The notes below the pieces were generated by a model. The model ran no database searches. It saw nothing but the letters and a program-made list of their open reading frames with translations, and was not told where the DNA came from. The position numbers were made by a program, and so were the translations under genes. Positions 1 to 10,654 of a stretch of 41,884 nt of DNA are shown piece after piece. Source of the DNA: Nemertoderma westbladi (Eukaryota > Animalia > Xenacoelomorpha); assembly GCA_032718475.1 (NCBI GenBank), contig JAUCBJ010006715.1, positions 1 through 41,884 of the forward strand, in the 5' to 3' direction. Each line of letters begins with the position of its first letter. Positions within the stretch are counted from its first letter, which is position 1.

Positions 1-962
1 TGTGTCTCTTGCAGATTCTCCAACTCCAGTTGAGCAGTCTGCTCAAATGCTCTCCTTTCTGCTTCTGCGACTGCCTTTGCCACCGCCTTTGCTGCTTTTC
101 TTTCTGCTTCTGCATCTGCAGCCGCTGCCTTTCTTTCTGCTTCTGCATCTGCCTTTGCCACCGCCTTTGCTGCTTTACTTTCTGCTTCGGCATCTGCTAT
201 AGCCGCCGCCATAGCCGCCGTTTTTTGTTCATCTATCCTTCTTTTCTTTATTTGTTCTTCTTGGACTCTAACGAGGCGGAGTTTTTCATCACATTTAGCT
301 TGTTCTGCAGCTAACATTTCCGCATCGATTGCGTCCAACACAAGCTTGGTTCCTTCACTATTAGGGCGAAGTCCAGACAGTCGTCTCCTCAACTCTTCGT
401 CTCCTATGAATCGCTGATAGTCTGACAGATATATGTCAATGGCGTCTCTAGTTCGCGGCTTCTCTGCTGCTGTTAATTCGCTTTCCACTTCGCTTTCCAC
501 TTCGCTTTCCACTTGGCTTTCCACTTCGCTTTCCACTTTGCTTTCCACTTGAGAAGAAGTGGCGTCGGTTGATTTTTCAAAGGTTGGCCGCTCATCATAA
601 ACCGTATCCGCCATCTTCGCTCCGCGTTCGGGCGTCCGCTCAACAGTCTCCGAACTACTGGAGCTATCGGGCCGCTGAGAACTAGGTTCTAGGCTAGGAT
701 GTTGCTGCTGTTTGACAGCGGCTTCTTGATCCCGCTTGACTTGGGCCCGAGTACCGATGATAGACCTATGTTGTTCTACCAGCCTAGGGTCTGACACTAC
801 TACTGTAGGGATGGCCTTTTTTACAATAGTAGGTGACTTAGACTTGGATCTAGGATGTTCTATACTTGGATCTGGGTCACTGATCTTTTTAAGGCACTGT
901 CTAACAGTCATTCTAACACTTTCTAAGAGACTATCCGACAGTGATTGGGTTGTGTCTGACAT
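1..962 (-). CDS. Gag-like ORF1 N-terminus of copy A (about 320 aa visible, open to the window edge)
   Basis: Manual translation from ATG at 962: MSDTTQSLSDSLLE...(VESE/K)n...DAIDIYLSDYQRFIGDEELRRRL... then an Ala/Glu/Lys coiled-coil, with no stop. Homologous to the ORF at 40114. Missing from the ORF track, apparently because it has no stop in the window. The gag label is inferred from position only. Confidence 0.75.
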   Translation of the reverse strand, partial: MSDTTQSLSDSLLESVRMTVRQCLKKISDPDPSIEHPRSKSKSPTIVKKAIPTVVVSDPRLVEQHRSIIGTRAQVKRDQEAAVKQQQHPSLEPSSQRPDSSSSSETVERTPERGAKMADTVYDERPTFEKSTDATSSQVESKVESEVESQVESEVESEVESELTAAEKPRTRDAIDIYLSDYQRFIGDEELRRRLSGLRPNSEGTKLVLDAIDAEMLAAEQAKCDEKLRLVRVQEEQIKKRRIDEQKTAAMAAAIADAEAESKAAKAVAKADAEAERKAAAADAEAERKAAKAVAKAVAEAERRAFEQTAQLELENLQET

Positions 963-2295
963 GTTTGTTTACACAGTTGAATGCCTACGGCTATAAATAC
1001 AGTTAAAGCAAGTCTAGCAATTTAGTATCACTGTTAGCCTAGTACCGGTAATTACAGTATTAGAATACCGGTATATACTTATAGTATGTATAAATATTGT
1101 AAACTAGTTTTGTCACAGAGTACCGGTATATAAATTTAGCACAAAGATATAAATATATAATAGGCCTATCGTGAATACCGGTATACAGCTGACACTTATA
1201 GTATATATAAGTATAATTATTACAAACTAGAATTAATTACAGAATACCGGTATGATTTTAACTCAAATTTATAGAAATAAATATAATAAGCCTATGGTAA
1301 ATACCGGTATGTCAATTATTTTAGAATAATTGAATTTCTGAATATTTTAGGGTTACTTGGTTACTTTAACTTACTTTGTTACCTTTATTTAAGCAGCAGT
1401 CCAACTGATATTGAGACCTAGTTGTTGTATGGCAGACCTACTATTTATAAATCGTTTGATTTGATTTATAATAGATATATACCCGTTTAAATGGGTTTTT
1501 GTCAATATTTGAAATAAATGTTATTATTTCTGGGGAAGTCACTACACAGAAGCTGAGCGCCCTCAGTGAAGTGTTATTTATTTGACACTAAAACTGATAA
1601 TTCTAATTTACCTAAGTTACTTAATACTACAAATTACTTACGATACGGGTGAGATTAATTCTCTAATTAAACACAACAAAATATTACGGACGAAATTTTT
1701 AGGGTAATTTTACAGGAAGTCTACAAACCAGCCTAACAAAGGGTTAGATTTCTGGCTATTACAAAGGACAGGGTACTACGGTATTTAAATAATAAGTAAT
1801 AGTAAATATACTGCGTTGTCCAGATAAGAAAATACCACCGCCTGACGACCTATAACCGTATCGCTATAGGTACTACGTTATGTATCACGGATTGTTCCTA
1901 CCCAGAAGCTAATAGAGCTAACGAATGTGCCTATCAACCACTTTACAACACAAATATACTGCCTACACTAATTACTTCGGAAGGCACTGCACACTAAACC
2001 CTAAATTAGGTACAAGTACCGGTATAACAAATAATCAGTAGTTAAATATACTTGAACAGTTAAAAGAACCACGGCATCTGCTGGAGTGACCGAAGCACAA
2101 AGTCGTCAGTCTTTACCTACGCCAAGCAGCCCTGATGTAGTACCGGGGTTAGTTTAACTATAACGGTATGTATAACAAGCACAATTACTGTAGGAATAAA
2201 CTTGGGGACATGAATGTTGCGAATAATCGCATAAACTCTGAATAATAAATATTACGCTACCCGTACAGAATACTCAAACAAATACAAACCAAACG

Positions 2296-2805
2296 CTGGC
2301 AGACTACTATCAAGCCTAAACAAACTACTGTATGTGCAGATTCTGAAACTGTTAGTTAGTATGCGTGCTAACACGGTAGTACGACTTACTCTTTAAGAGG
2401 GGATTGACCTTACAGTTATGACTGCCCCAACTTACTAACGGCACTTGATCAGACCAACTCTACACACGCAGCAATCCCTTCAGACCCAAAAATAGCTAGA
2501 CAACAATCCAGCCTACAAATATTTGAGTAATAACTATTACGGTACCTGAACAGACCACACAAACAAACACAGGCTAAAACACTGGCAGACTACGATCAAG
2601 CCTAAATAAACTACAGTATATGCAGACTCTGAAACTGTTAGTTAGTATGCGTGCTAACACGGTAGTACGACTTACTCTTTAAGAGGGGATTGACCTTACA
2701 GTTATGACTGCCCCAACTTACTAACGGCACTTTATCAGACAAACTCTACACACGCCGCAATCTCTCCAAACTCAACAACAGTCAGACAGCAGCTCAGCCT
2801 ACAAT
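2296..2805 (-). repeat. Tandem duplication (period 286 bp) of a structured leader domain, copy A
   Basis: TCTGAAACTGTTAGTTAGTATGCG starts at 2342 and 2628; the cores are nearly identical. Confidence 0.9.
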
Positions 2806-3177
2806 TATCTGAACAATCTGAGCAGGGTCACACGCCTTCTGCTCAATATTAGCCTACTAGTAAATAAAACTGACAGAAATAAGTAAGCTCCAAAAGAAAC
2901 AAGGGGTGTACAGTCCCTAATCTCTTAAACAGCCTACCGGTATACAATAATCAAAATCGAATAATACTAAATGTACTTGTACAGCAGTACCGGTACCGGT
3001 GATGACAGTTAGGCCTACTGACCTACAAAGTACCGGTTCAGTTTTACCGGTCACTACGGTATTTTGCAACCTTATTGCCTACTGCAATAAGATTGTAAAC
3101 TGTTACTGTTCGACAGAACAGTATTTTACTGTATTTAATGCCTACACTTGCAACCTTATTGCTTACTGCAATAAGAT

Positions 3178-3190
3178 TATAAACTGTTAC
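3178..3190 (-). promoter_or_regulatory. Non-tRNA primer-binding site of copy A (GTAACAGTTTATA on the element strand)
   Basis: Directly follows the LTR end, lacks TGG, and is a 13/13 complement of LTR positions 3954-3966. Confidence 0.75.
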
Positions 3191-4443
3191 TGTTCGCGCT
3201 TTTGAAGACCTTTAGCAGTTTAACCTGCCAAAATTTATATGTCTTTTAGTTAATTAAAACACCTTTAGCATACGACAACAATTTATGCTAATACACAAAA
3301 CATTAGCCGAAGTCAGCCCATGCGCGATCATTCACCCGATGGATCTACACCCGGGAGACTGAATTCGGATGCTTAAATTTTATTATTGCAGTGTAAGGTT
3401 GCAGCGTAAACTTACTGTATTATTCGATAGATCGTTAATAATTAATCTCTGACAGATATTATTGGCTTTCGGGAAATATTAACAGTTCCTTTAGGACGTG
3501 GCGCTTTATCTATTTAAACAGAACTAAGACTTATACTAAAACGCAACGATACTGCTTATGATTGAAGTATAAAGCGTATTCTTTAGGAAATACTTTGTTA
3601 CCAATCACAATCATACACACTATTCTGCCGACCGTCAGTATATTTGATCACACATAAAGAGAGCAGCGATTGACTCACGTAGGGTCTGCTAAATAACATT
3701 GGATTCAATACACACCACATTAATATAAATCGCAATTGTTATGTATAGCCGGTCTCTCTAACCTGTAGTGTATCAAGAAAATTGGGAATTTGGGTGATTT
3801 ATCCGTATTATCCAAAGAGCAATATTTCCATCAACAAATAGGTACAATTAATAACTGACGGTAAATAACAGTACAAACAATATGATTAATGCAATTAAAT
3901 TAAGTGAGCTAGTGAGTTCTTTCGATTCGATTGATTAATTCGTGAGTAGTTAGGTAACAGTTTATACTTTCGATAATTTAAGCAGTTTTACTAGAGTTTC
4001 TAGAGCCGGTGTTTCTGGCTTAGACAGCAATAACAACAAAGTATCAAGTAAAAACAGTAAGACTGAACACACTCCTTATGATCGGCCGAAAAGCTACACG
4101 TCGACAGGAAAAATCGCTCTGATTGGCTCAAGCCAAACAAAGAACCATGCGTCCAATGGCTGTTTCCATGTCAGCAACCAGCTGTTAGATGTCGTAATAT
4201 GAATCATCACGGCTAAGTTGTGAAAGGTAGTTGGTGCATTGCAGGTTTTTTGCCTTACCATGTCCGCCAAAACACGTATATAGCAGAATGACTTTTATGT
4301 CCGTTAAAACACCTGTAACGGTACCTTGCGGGCGAGGGGAATATATATACAGTTAGAGAACCTTTTTAGAGTATTCCAGCGCCTGGGGGGAAACTGGATT
4401 GCGAAGCAAAAGGGGCCAGTTATATCCCACAGAAGCTTTTACA
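3191..4443 (-). repeat. 5' LTR of copy A (1253 bp)
   Basis: Element strand begins TGTAAAAGCTTCTGTGGG and ends AAAGCGCGAACA, matching the termini of copy B and the solo LTR. CCAAT motifs near 4120 and 4153. Confidence 0.88.
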
Positions 4444-4800
4444 AGAGGTGTCACGAGATGGGGGGGGGGGGGGGGGGGGCGTTTGGATACAACTATTATT
4501 AATAAGCTGTTGCTTGGTTAAAGCTAATTGGGGGTCAAAGGTCAACGATAAAGCTGTCTGGATATAGATAAGAGTAATTAGTTACCAGTAAGGGAGCTGT
4601 ATACCCTATGGCTAAGTATAACGAGATGAAAGTCAATGAGGTAATTTAGAAACCAATATATAAAACTAATTATTGGTAAATCTAAAATTAAATACAAATA
4701 AATAAAGTAAAATTAAATACAAATAATTAATTAAAATAAAGTACAAATAAATAATTAATTTAAAATTAAATACAAATAGGCAAATAGGCAAATAGGCCTT

Positions 4801-5032
4801 CTCGGGCCTCTAGGCGACAGTTAGACAACACTGACACCATTGCGTATCGGATTGATTAATTAGGATAATCAATTAAACCCTAATTAGGAGTCGTAAGACA
4901 TCTATTAGGGTTTAATAGTACTAATTAATTGATGACACCTGTCAATTAGGGTCTAATTAGCCTAATTAGGAGGTGTCACCCAGACAGTCTGGCGCCAGTC
5001 AGTGGGGTCCAACTGTCGCCGAGCCGCCCAAG
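4801..5032. mobile_element. MITE-like foldback
   Basis: Imperfect inverted arms (GGCGACAGTTAGACAACACTGAC / GTCAGTGGGGTCCAACTGTCGCC) with internal CTAATTAGG repeats. No clear TSD. Confidence 0.55.
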
Positions 5033-5880
5033 ACCCTACTACTGTTGTGCGTGGTAGAACCGCCGTGACTCATCCTCAGAGGATGTGGTGATTGGCAGGT
5101 TGACGCCTGTAGCATTATATATATTATATATATATATTAGTTGAGTGCCTACTTACAGGGGTGTTTGAAAAAGGTGGACTGGACACAGAAAACATGGACA
5201 ATGGACAGACCAATCACGGGCGATTTGCGTTATAATACAGCATGTCCACCTTTTTTAAATTTGAATAAGGTGGACTGGGTTGAGAAAGAACAGGCAATGA
5301 ATTGACAAATGAGATTGATTTGCACATTATAGCAGTTCTGTCCACGTTTTTCAAAAATTTTCAGAAGGTTTTTATGGATTATTATTGTTATTATTATCCC
5401 ATACTTACTGTGACCAACCGAAGTTGTCGAAGTCGGCATGGCATAGTTCAATAATATGGGGCGAAATCTGTGAGCTGAGCCTTAAAGCCTTAGCATCAAT
5501 ATTGGAACGTCAAAATTCTAACGCATAACAGTATAAAGTTAATTATAATAACTATCTATTGTACTGTGAGGGAAATATACTTTGCTTTATTTACCGTTTA
5601 TCCCGAGATCTGTTATTAAACGACCGAGCGCAGCGAGGGAGTTAAATAAGTCCCCATATTTTGGGAGTGGCGGTCCGAAACCCTAATTCAAAGTGGAAAT
5701 GGAGACCCAAAGCCTTAATTATAAAACTGTCATGTAAACCCAACCTTTGTTTTATTATGATATTATATATGATATATGATAAATTATTTTATTTATGATA
5801 TTTTGGATCCTGAATTCCACAAAATTTCTTAGATTAGAGCATCATTACTTTAAGGTTGTAGGGTTACTAATGACAGTTTT

Positions 5881-6556
5881 TGTTCGCGCTTTTAGACCAT
5901 TTTAACAGTTTAACCTGATAATTTATATGTCTATTAATACCTGACAGCCCAATACAGATGAAGCCGAAGCCAGTCTAGCACGGCGTATGACCCACCGGAG
6001 GTGGGAGACTGGATCCGATGGCAGAAAGAGCCGTAGGACACTTTGTATTATTCAATTGATCTTTACTATAATCTCCAAAACTATGCTTATTTTCAGTTAA
6101 ATACTAACAGTTCCCTTCAGGTGCTGCGCTCTAAATACTACGCAGAGATATGACTTATACTATGTAATTAGTAATTACAACGGGTATGGGCATGAGATAA
6201 CGCAAATGTTTACATCCTTCAGGGATGTATTTATTAATTGAAGTGTATAAACACTCACACTGAAGGGCTGCAAGAATATTCTTGCCTCAAGTAGTCCACA
6301 AAGCATGAATCATATCGAACGCCGTAGAACGTATGGAACATGCAAGAACTCCCAATCAGGGACCAGTTACCATGCCATCAACCCGTAACCAGTTTCTGTG
6401 GGAATGTACGGGAAAGTGTTGTACTTAGAATAACCGCTGGAGAGAGTAAGTTTACATTAGTTCATAAAATACAAAGTTATTAAGAGTTTTTCAAGGGTTT
6501 AGAGTAACCAGCGCATTGTGTAAAATGGGGACATTTTGGCTGCAAAAGCTTTAACA
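5881..6556 (-). mobile_element. Solo LTR (676 bp) related to copies A and B
   Basis: Element strand TGTTAAAGCTTTTGC...AAAGCGCGAACA, flanked by a perfect 5-bp TSD GTTTT at 5876-5880 and 6557-6561. Confidence 0.88.
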
Positions 6557-6664
6557 GTTTTAATTAAGGTTTGGGCCTGACCAACTAAACCCAACCACAA
6601 AATTACACCAATAAATCCAAGTTAAAGTGCTGTACGGTACGCCAGACCTACTATTATTATACTG

Positions 6665-6710
6665 TTCTTAATGCAGCTGCTTCCAGCAGCATGCCGATTA
6701 TAGATAGACA
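6665..6710 (+). mobile_element. Very short 3'-tail fragment of the LINE family seen at 28331-28896 and 35945-36380
   Basis: TTCTTAATGCAGCTGC...GCAGCATGCCGATTATAGATAGA resembles 28852-28893 and 36337-36380. Confidence 0.5.
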
Positions 6711-7061
6711 ATTGAAAACTGAAAAAGGTGGACATTCCAATCACAGAATCACTACGAAATAGCACTGCTTTAATACGTTTCTGATTGGTCAGACTATCAT
6801 CTATATACTTTATGTGCCTGTGTCCAGTCCACCTTTTTCAAACGCACATCTTATTCCCAATTATGTAATTAAAAAAGAGAAAACTTAAAAAAGGTGGACA
6901 AACCAATCGCTACAAACTGCTTTGCTTAATACGTTTCTGATTGGTCTGTCCGTTTTTTGTGTCCGGTCCACCTTTTTCAAACACCCCTACTTACAGTGCA
7001 GTAGGTACCGGCGTAGTGCTGTAGTGAGGTTGTCTGGTACTGGCAGGGCAGTAGTAGTACT

Positions 7062-7436
7062 GACAGTGGTCAAATTAAGTTAATTATTTTTCCAGAAAAG
7101 ACAGTTTTTTCACGTGCTGCGCGAAGGGCACATCGTCCCCCGCAGCCATAAAATTTGCACCAAATTAAATACACTACCTAGGGTGTCTGTCTGTAGATTT
7201 TCCCGCAAATTGAAGGAAAATTGAGGAAATGGTGCACATTTAAAACAGGCAAAAATTGACTTTTCGAGAAAAAAGCCATAAACACATGATTTTCAATCGT
7301 GCTGCTCGAAGCGGAAAATCACCTAATTTAAAACTTGTTTTTCTATGAAGTTACACATAGGTCAGAGAGTGTCTGTGTGAAATTTCAGACAAATCGGTCC
7401 AAAAATGGCCACTGGGGAAAGGTGTTTGTCACTGTG
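7062..7436. mobile_element. Possible DNA-transposon relic with CACAGTG-like (Transib-type) ends
   Basis: GACAGTGGTCAAA ... TTTGTCACTGTG; no TSD found. Confidence 0.3.
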
Positions 7437-7845
7437 CCTCAAATGTGATAGAACCGGTATCGGAAATTAAATCGCCGACCACGAAAACCAGATTAGCGAA
7501 AATTCCAGCAGTGTACTTTCTTAATAACATTAACAACAACTTAATAACAGTCACAAATTACTATTTTAGTTATTTCATATTGACAGTAAGTCAGACTTAG
7601 AGAGGGACAGAGAGGGATGAGTACAAAACAAAGACCCAAGACTTTATAGCCCGTTCTGTACAAAACAAAGAGGTAAAGTCGCGTTAGGCCCCAAAGAGCG
7701 TTAGGTCTCATTGCCATTTAAAGGAGCAGGTTAGTAAAGGAGCAGGTTACAGAGACGTGTTGGGGGAACCAAAACAATAAACGAAAGTTAACACGTGTTA
7801 CTGTACAAGATTATGCAGGTCTTGGGTCTTTGTTTTGTACTCACC

Positions 7846-7869
7846 CAGAGAGAGAGAGAGAGAGAGAGA
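7846..7869. repeat. (AG)n microsatellite
   Basis: Read directly from the sequence. Confidence 0.9.
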
Positions 7870-7926
7870 CGATTCCTCCAGCGAATTTATTCTAAATTAT
7901 TATTGTTTGGTATTATTGGTAAATTA

Positions 7927-8973
7927 TTATTGTCTCGCCGTTATAGGTTCCTTCTCAGTAACATTCTCCAATGTTACGGTTTTGTGTACAGGTTTTCGTC
8001 TGTACGCAAACTCGAAGACACCGCAAAACAAAAGAGTCCCAGAGAAAACTAATACAGTAGCCACCCAATGCCACTCAGTAAAAGTGTTTCTGAAATACAC
8101 TATTGAGAACATTAGACTAATAAACTTTCTTAAAGTTATTACCAAAGTTACAAAGAGAGATGTGCACGTTGAGGTTAGAATAAACACACATCTTATACAA
8201 ATATATTGGGTGACAACGTTCGCAAACATCGACATCCACATTGTCGGTATTTGTATACCGAATAGTTGAAACAGAGGATCGGAGTCGTTGATTAGCGTCA
8301 AGTTTCGGTATAAATCTGGTAATATAAAGAGGAATGCCGGTAGCGGTAGCGCGTGGTTGTAAAATAAAGCTTCTCTTGGATATTTCCCGTAAGTTTCGAA
8401 TAAAACCTCTTGGTAAATACCAAGTCGAGCCGATAAAAACAGCGCGAATAACAACATGGAAAGTCCGATGAACCACCGTAATAACGGTTCCATGTCCTCC
8501 TTATCAGTAGGCGTAGCCGTAGACGTAACTGCTGTCGATGTTGTAGTCTTTGCTGATGCTATTGAAGCCATTGTAATCCCCAATGTTATCATAATAACTG
8601 CAAGGTATTTATCCAGGGCGTATTTTCTTTGTCTAAGATAAATTCCCAAAGCCATATTGGCAACCAAAGATCCAGATCGAATTATCATGTGAAGCGGCAT
8701 CGATATATTAAAGTTTAGCGCGTAATTGTTGAAAATACCCACTAGAAAGAAAGTTATAACGAGTTTGGTATATTGAAGAAGCGGAATTTTTGGTTTCTTG
8801 GTGAGGAATTTTGTTTCGAATACAAGTCCGTCCAGAGCAACAAATAGGAACTGCAGACAGGTTATAAGTGGGCCAGCCCCTGGGTCGTATCGGATCATAT
8901 GCTCCAAGAATATTACGTTAATCGTACACGCCAGTAAAACCATAGCAACAGCAAAAGTAACAGTCGCATCCAT
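7927..8973 (-). CDS. SLC35B4: UDP-xylose/UDP-GlcNAc transporter, SLC35B4/YEA4 family, single coding exon, 348 aa
   Basis: Family motifs NVIFLE, NNYALNFNISMPLHMIIRSGSL, SARLGIYQE..YGKYPREALFYNH, TLRKFISL, HWVAT.LVFSGT; multiple TM helices; uninterrupted ORF. Confidence 0.95.
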   Translation of the reverse strand: MDATVTFAVAMVLLACTINVIFLEHMIRYDPGAGPLITCLQFLFVALDGLVFETKFLTKKPKIPLLQYTKLVITFFLVGIFNNYALNFNISMPLHMIIRSGSLVANMALGIYLRQRKYALDKYLAVIMITLGITMASIASAKTTTSTAVTSTATPTDKEDMEPLLRWFIGLSMLLFALFLSARLGIYQEVLFETYGKYPREALFYNHALPLPAFLFILPDLYRNLTLINDSDPLFQLFGIQIPTMWMSMFANVVTQYICIRCVFILTSTCTSLFVTLVITLRKFISLMFSIVYFRNTFTEWHWVATVLVFSGTLLFCGVFEFAYRRKPVHKTVTLENVTEKEPITARQ

Positions 8974-9239
8974 TTATAATATTATTATATTTTTAGGCTA
9001 AAATACGATTTAGTTTACATGACCATGACAAATTGCAGTCTATTTTTGTCGTACGTCAAACAGTAGCATAATTTAGGTAGCGAAGGCCTAAATATATTGC
9101 CAGCCATTGCCTGTCATGGATATTGGATAGGCCTATAAATTTATGGTTTAATATATTATAAAACTACAATTATTTTTTTTTTTTCTGATTCAATAGGATA
9201 ATTATTTAGCACAATATTTACCACACTATTGCATTATAC

Positions 9240-9955
9240 AGTTCATTGAAGGATATAGTAAATGATTTAATTTCCGGGTAGGTAATACTGTTGTCATGAA
9301 TAATCCGACCAATACCCAACTGGCATCATTGAGGATTTCCCTAAAAGTTACCAAATTCTACACCGGGTCATGACTATATTTGCAAAAGCAATACGATTTT
9401 CGGACCTACAGGGGTGTGTTCCAGAACGTTTTTTACTCACTATTGTTCCAATGGGAACAGCCCCGGTTTCAAATTATAAAATGTAGGCCTTCTCTATCGT
9501 AACGATAATCAAGATTTGTTACAGTTTAATTTATTTTAAAAAATAATTTAATAAAATACCATTGCATCAATCCTAAATTCATGGCTATAGGTTAATATAT
9601 TTAAAAAAAACCTTTCCTAAATTAAAATAGATGTATTAATTTCAACTTCCAGCCAAAAAAAATAGAAAAACTAAATTTACATAAATATTTGACGCAACTG
9701 AAATGAAAATTGTCATAAAAGTTTACCATAAGATGGTGATTCCGGTGTTGTAAAGTTTAATTGTAATGGAATCATGTTGAATGAACAGGATGAATTATCT
9801 TAACCGTTCCTGGTGACAATTATTTAAATTGATAATTACACAAATTCCTCAATGATACAACCTAGGCATCAGTCGGAATATTGATCACAATAAAATTTCT
9901 TACCAAAATCACCCAAAACATTTACTATATACGCCGATGCAAAAAATTCAGTGAA
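9240..9955. mobile_element. Old foldback/TIR DNA-transposon relic
   Basis: Degenerate inverted arms, e.g. ATATAGTAAATG vs CATTTACTATAT and ATCATTGAGGA vs TCCTCAATGAT. Confidence 0.45.
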
Positions 9956-10654
9956 AAAACCGCATATATCTGCCGGACTACAGTGAACATTTTAGAAAAT
10001 CATAAGTGTAATTAAGTTGCAGACATTCTTTGGTGGAACAAAAATGAAAATGGAAAAATTTATTATATTTTTTATAAAAAAATTATTGATTTTCACAATT
10101 ACAATAACATGAAATTTCCACTATATTTACTATGTAATTTTGACCCTGATAGTAAGTTATCGAGTAAATTCCGGTTGTATGGCCGGCCTATAGTTTAGGA
10201 CACCTTGGCCACAGCGAATAGGGAATACACAAAAAATGTTCCAGAACTCGATTGTTTCTAAGATATTTATTATTATGCAGCGTTCCGACCTATAGGCTGT
10301 ACGTTCTTGGCAGCTACTGTATACGATGATAACAAAAGTAACAACGTAAGAATAAATTATTTAAAATCGGTTTGCAGAGCTGCAGCGGATAATGTGGTCT
10401 TGACACAGTGATTGTTCTGCCAGACTCGTGTAATCGAAAAACTCGAAAAATTTTATTAAGTAAAACCAATATTAGTTATTACAGGAATGTTTTATTTTAT
10501 TGCATTTTTGAAACACGTAGGCCTACACGTGTTAAATCAATTGCTTCGCATTTTATATTGCAGACTAGCAGCAGGGAATATAAGTACTTTATTTGGTTGG
10601 TGTAACAGATGTTTTGTCCGTCATCAAGAGATTTGCTGCGTTTTAATATCATCG

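Larger units (their letters stand above)
1..4443 (-). mobile_element. LTR retrotransposon copy A (5' LTR, 2.2-kb leader, start of gag-like ORF); continues beyond the left edge
   Basis: Colinear inverted homology to 36729-41884. LTR has TG...CA termini shared with copy B and with the TSD-flanked solo LTR at 5881-6556. Confidence 0.9.
5158..6987. mobile_element. Non-autonomous DNA transposon with TIRs and TSD; hosts the solo LTR
   Basis: TIR GGGGTGTTTGAAAAAGGTGGAC... / ...GTCCACCTTTTTCAAACACCCC. TSD TACTTACA at 5150-5157 and 6988-6995 (a 10-bp reading is also possible). Repeated subterminal AAAAAGGTGGAC motifs. Confidence 0.88.

Noticed and set aside
2-314. Leu/Pro- and Cys/Phe-rich ORFs (also 41198-41515)
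   Set aside because: Antisense shadows of the Ala/Glu/Lys repeat in the gag-like ORF.
7795-9001. Small ORFs overlapping SLC35B4
   Set aside because: Alternative-frame or antisense shadows with no independent support.
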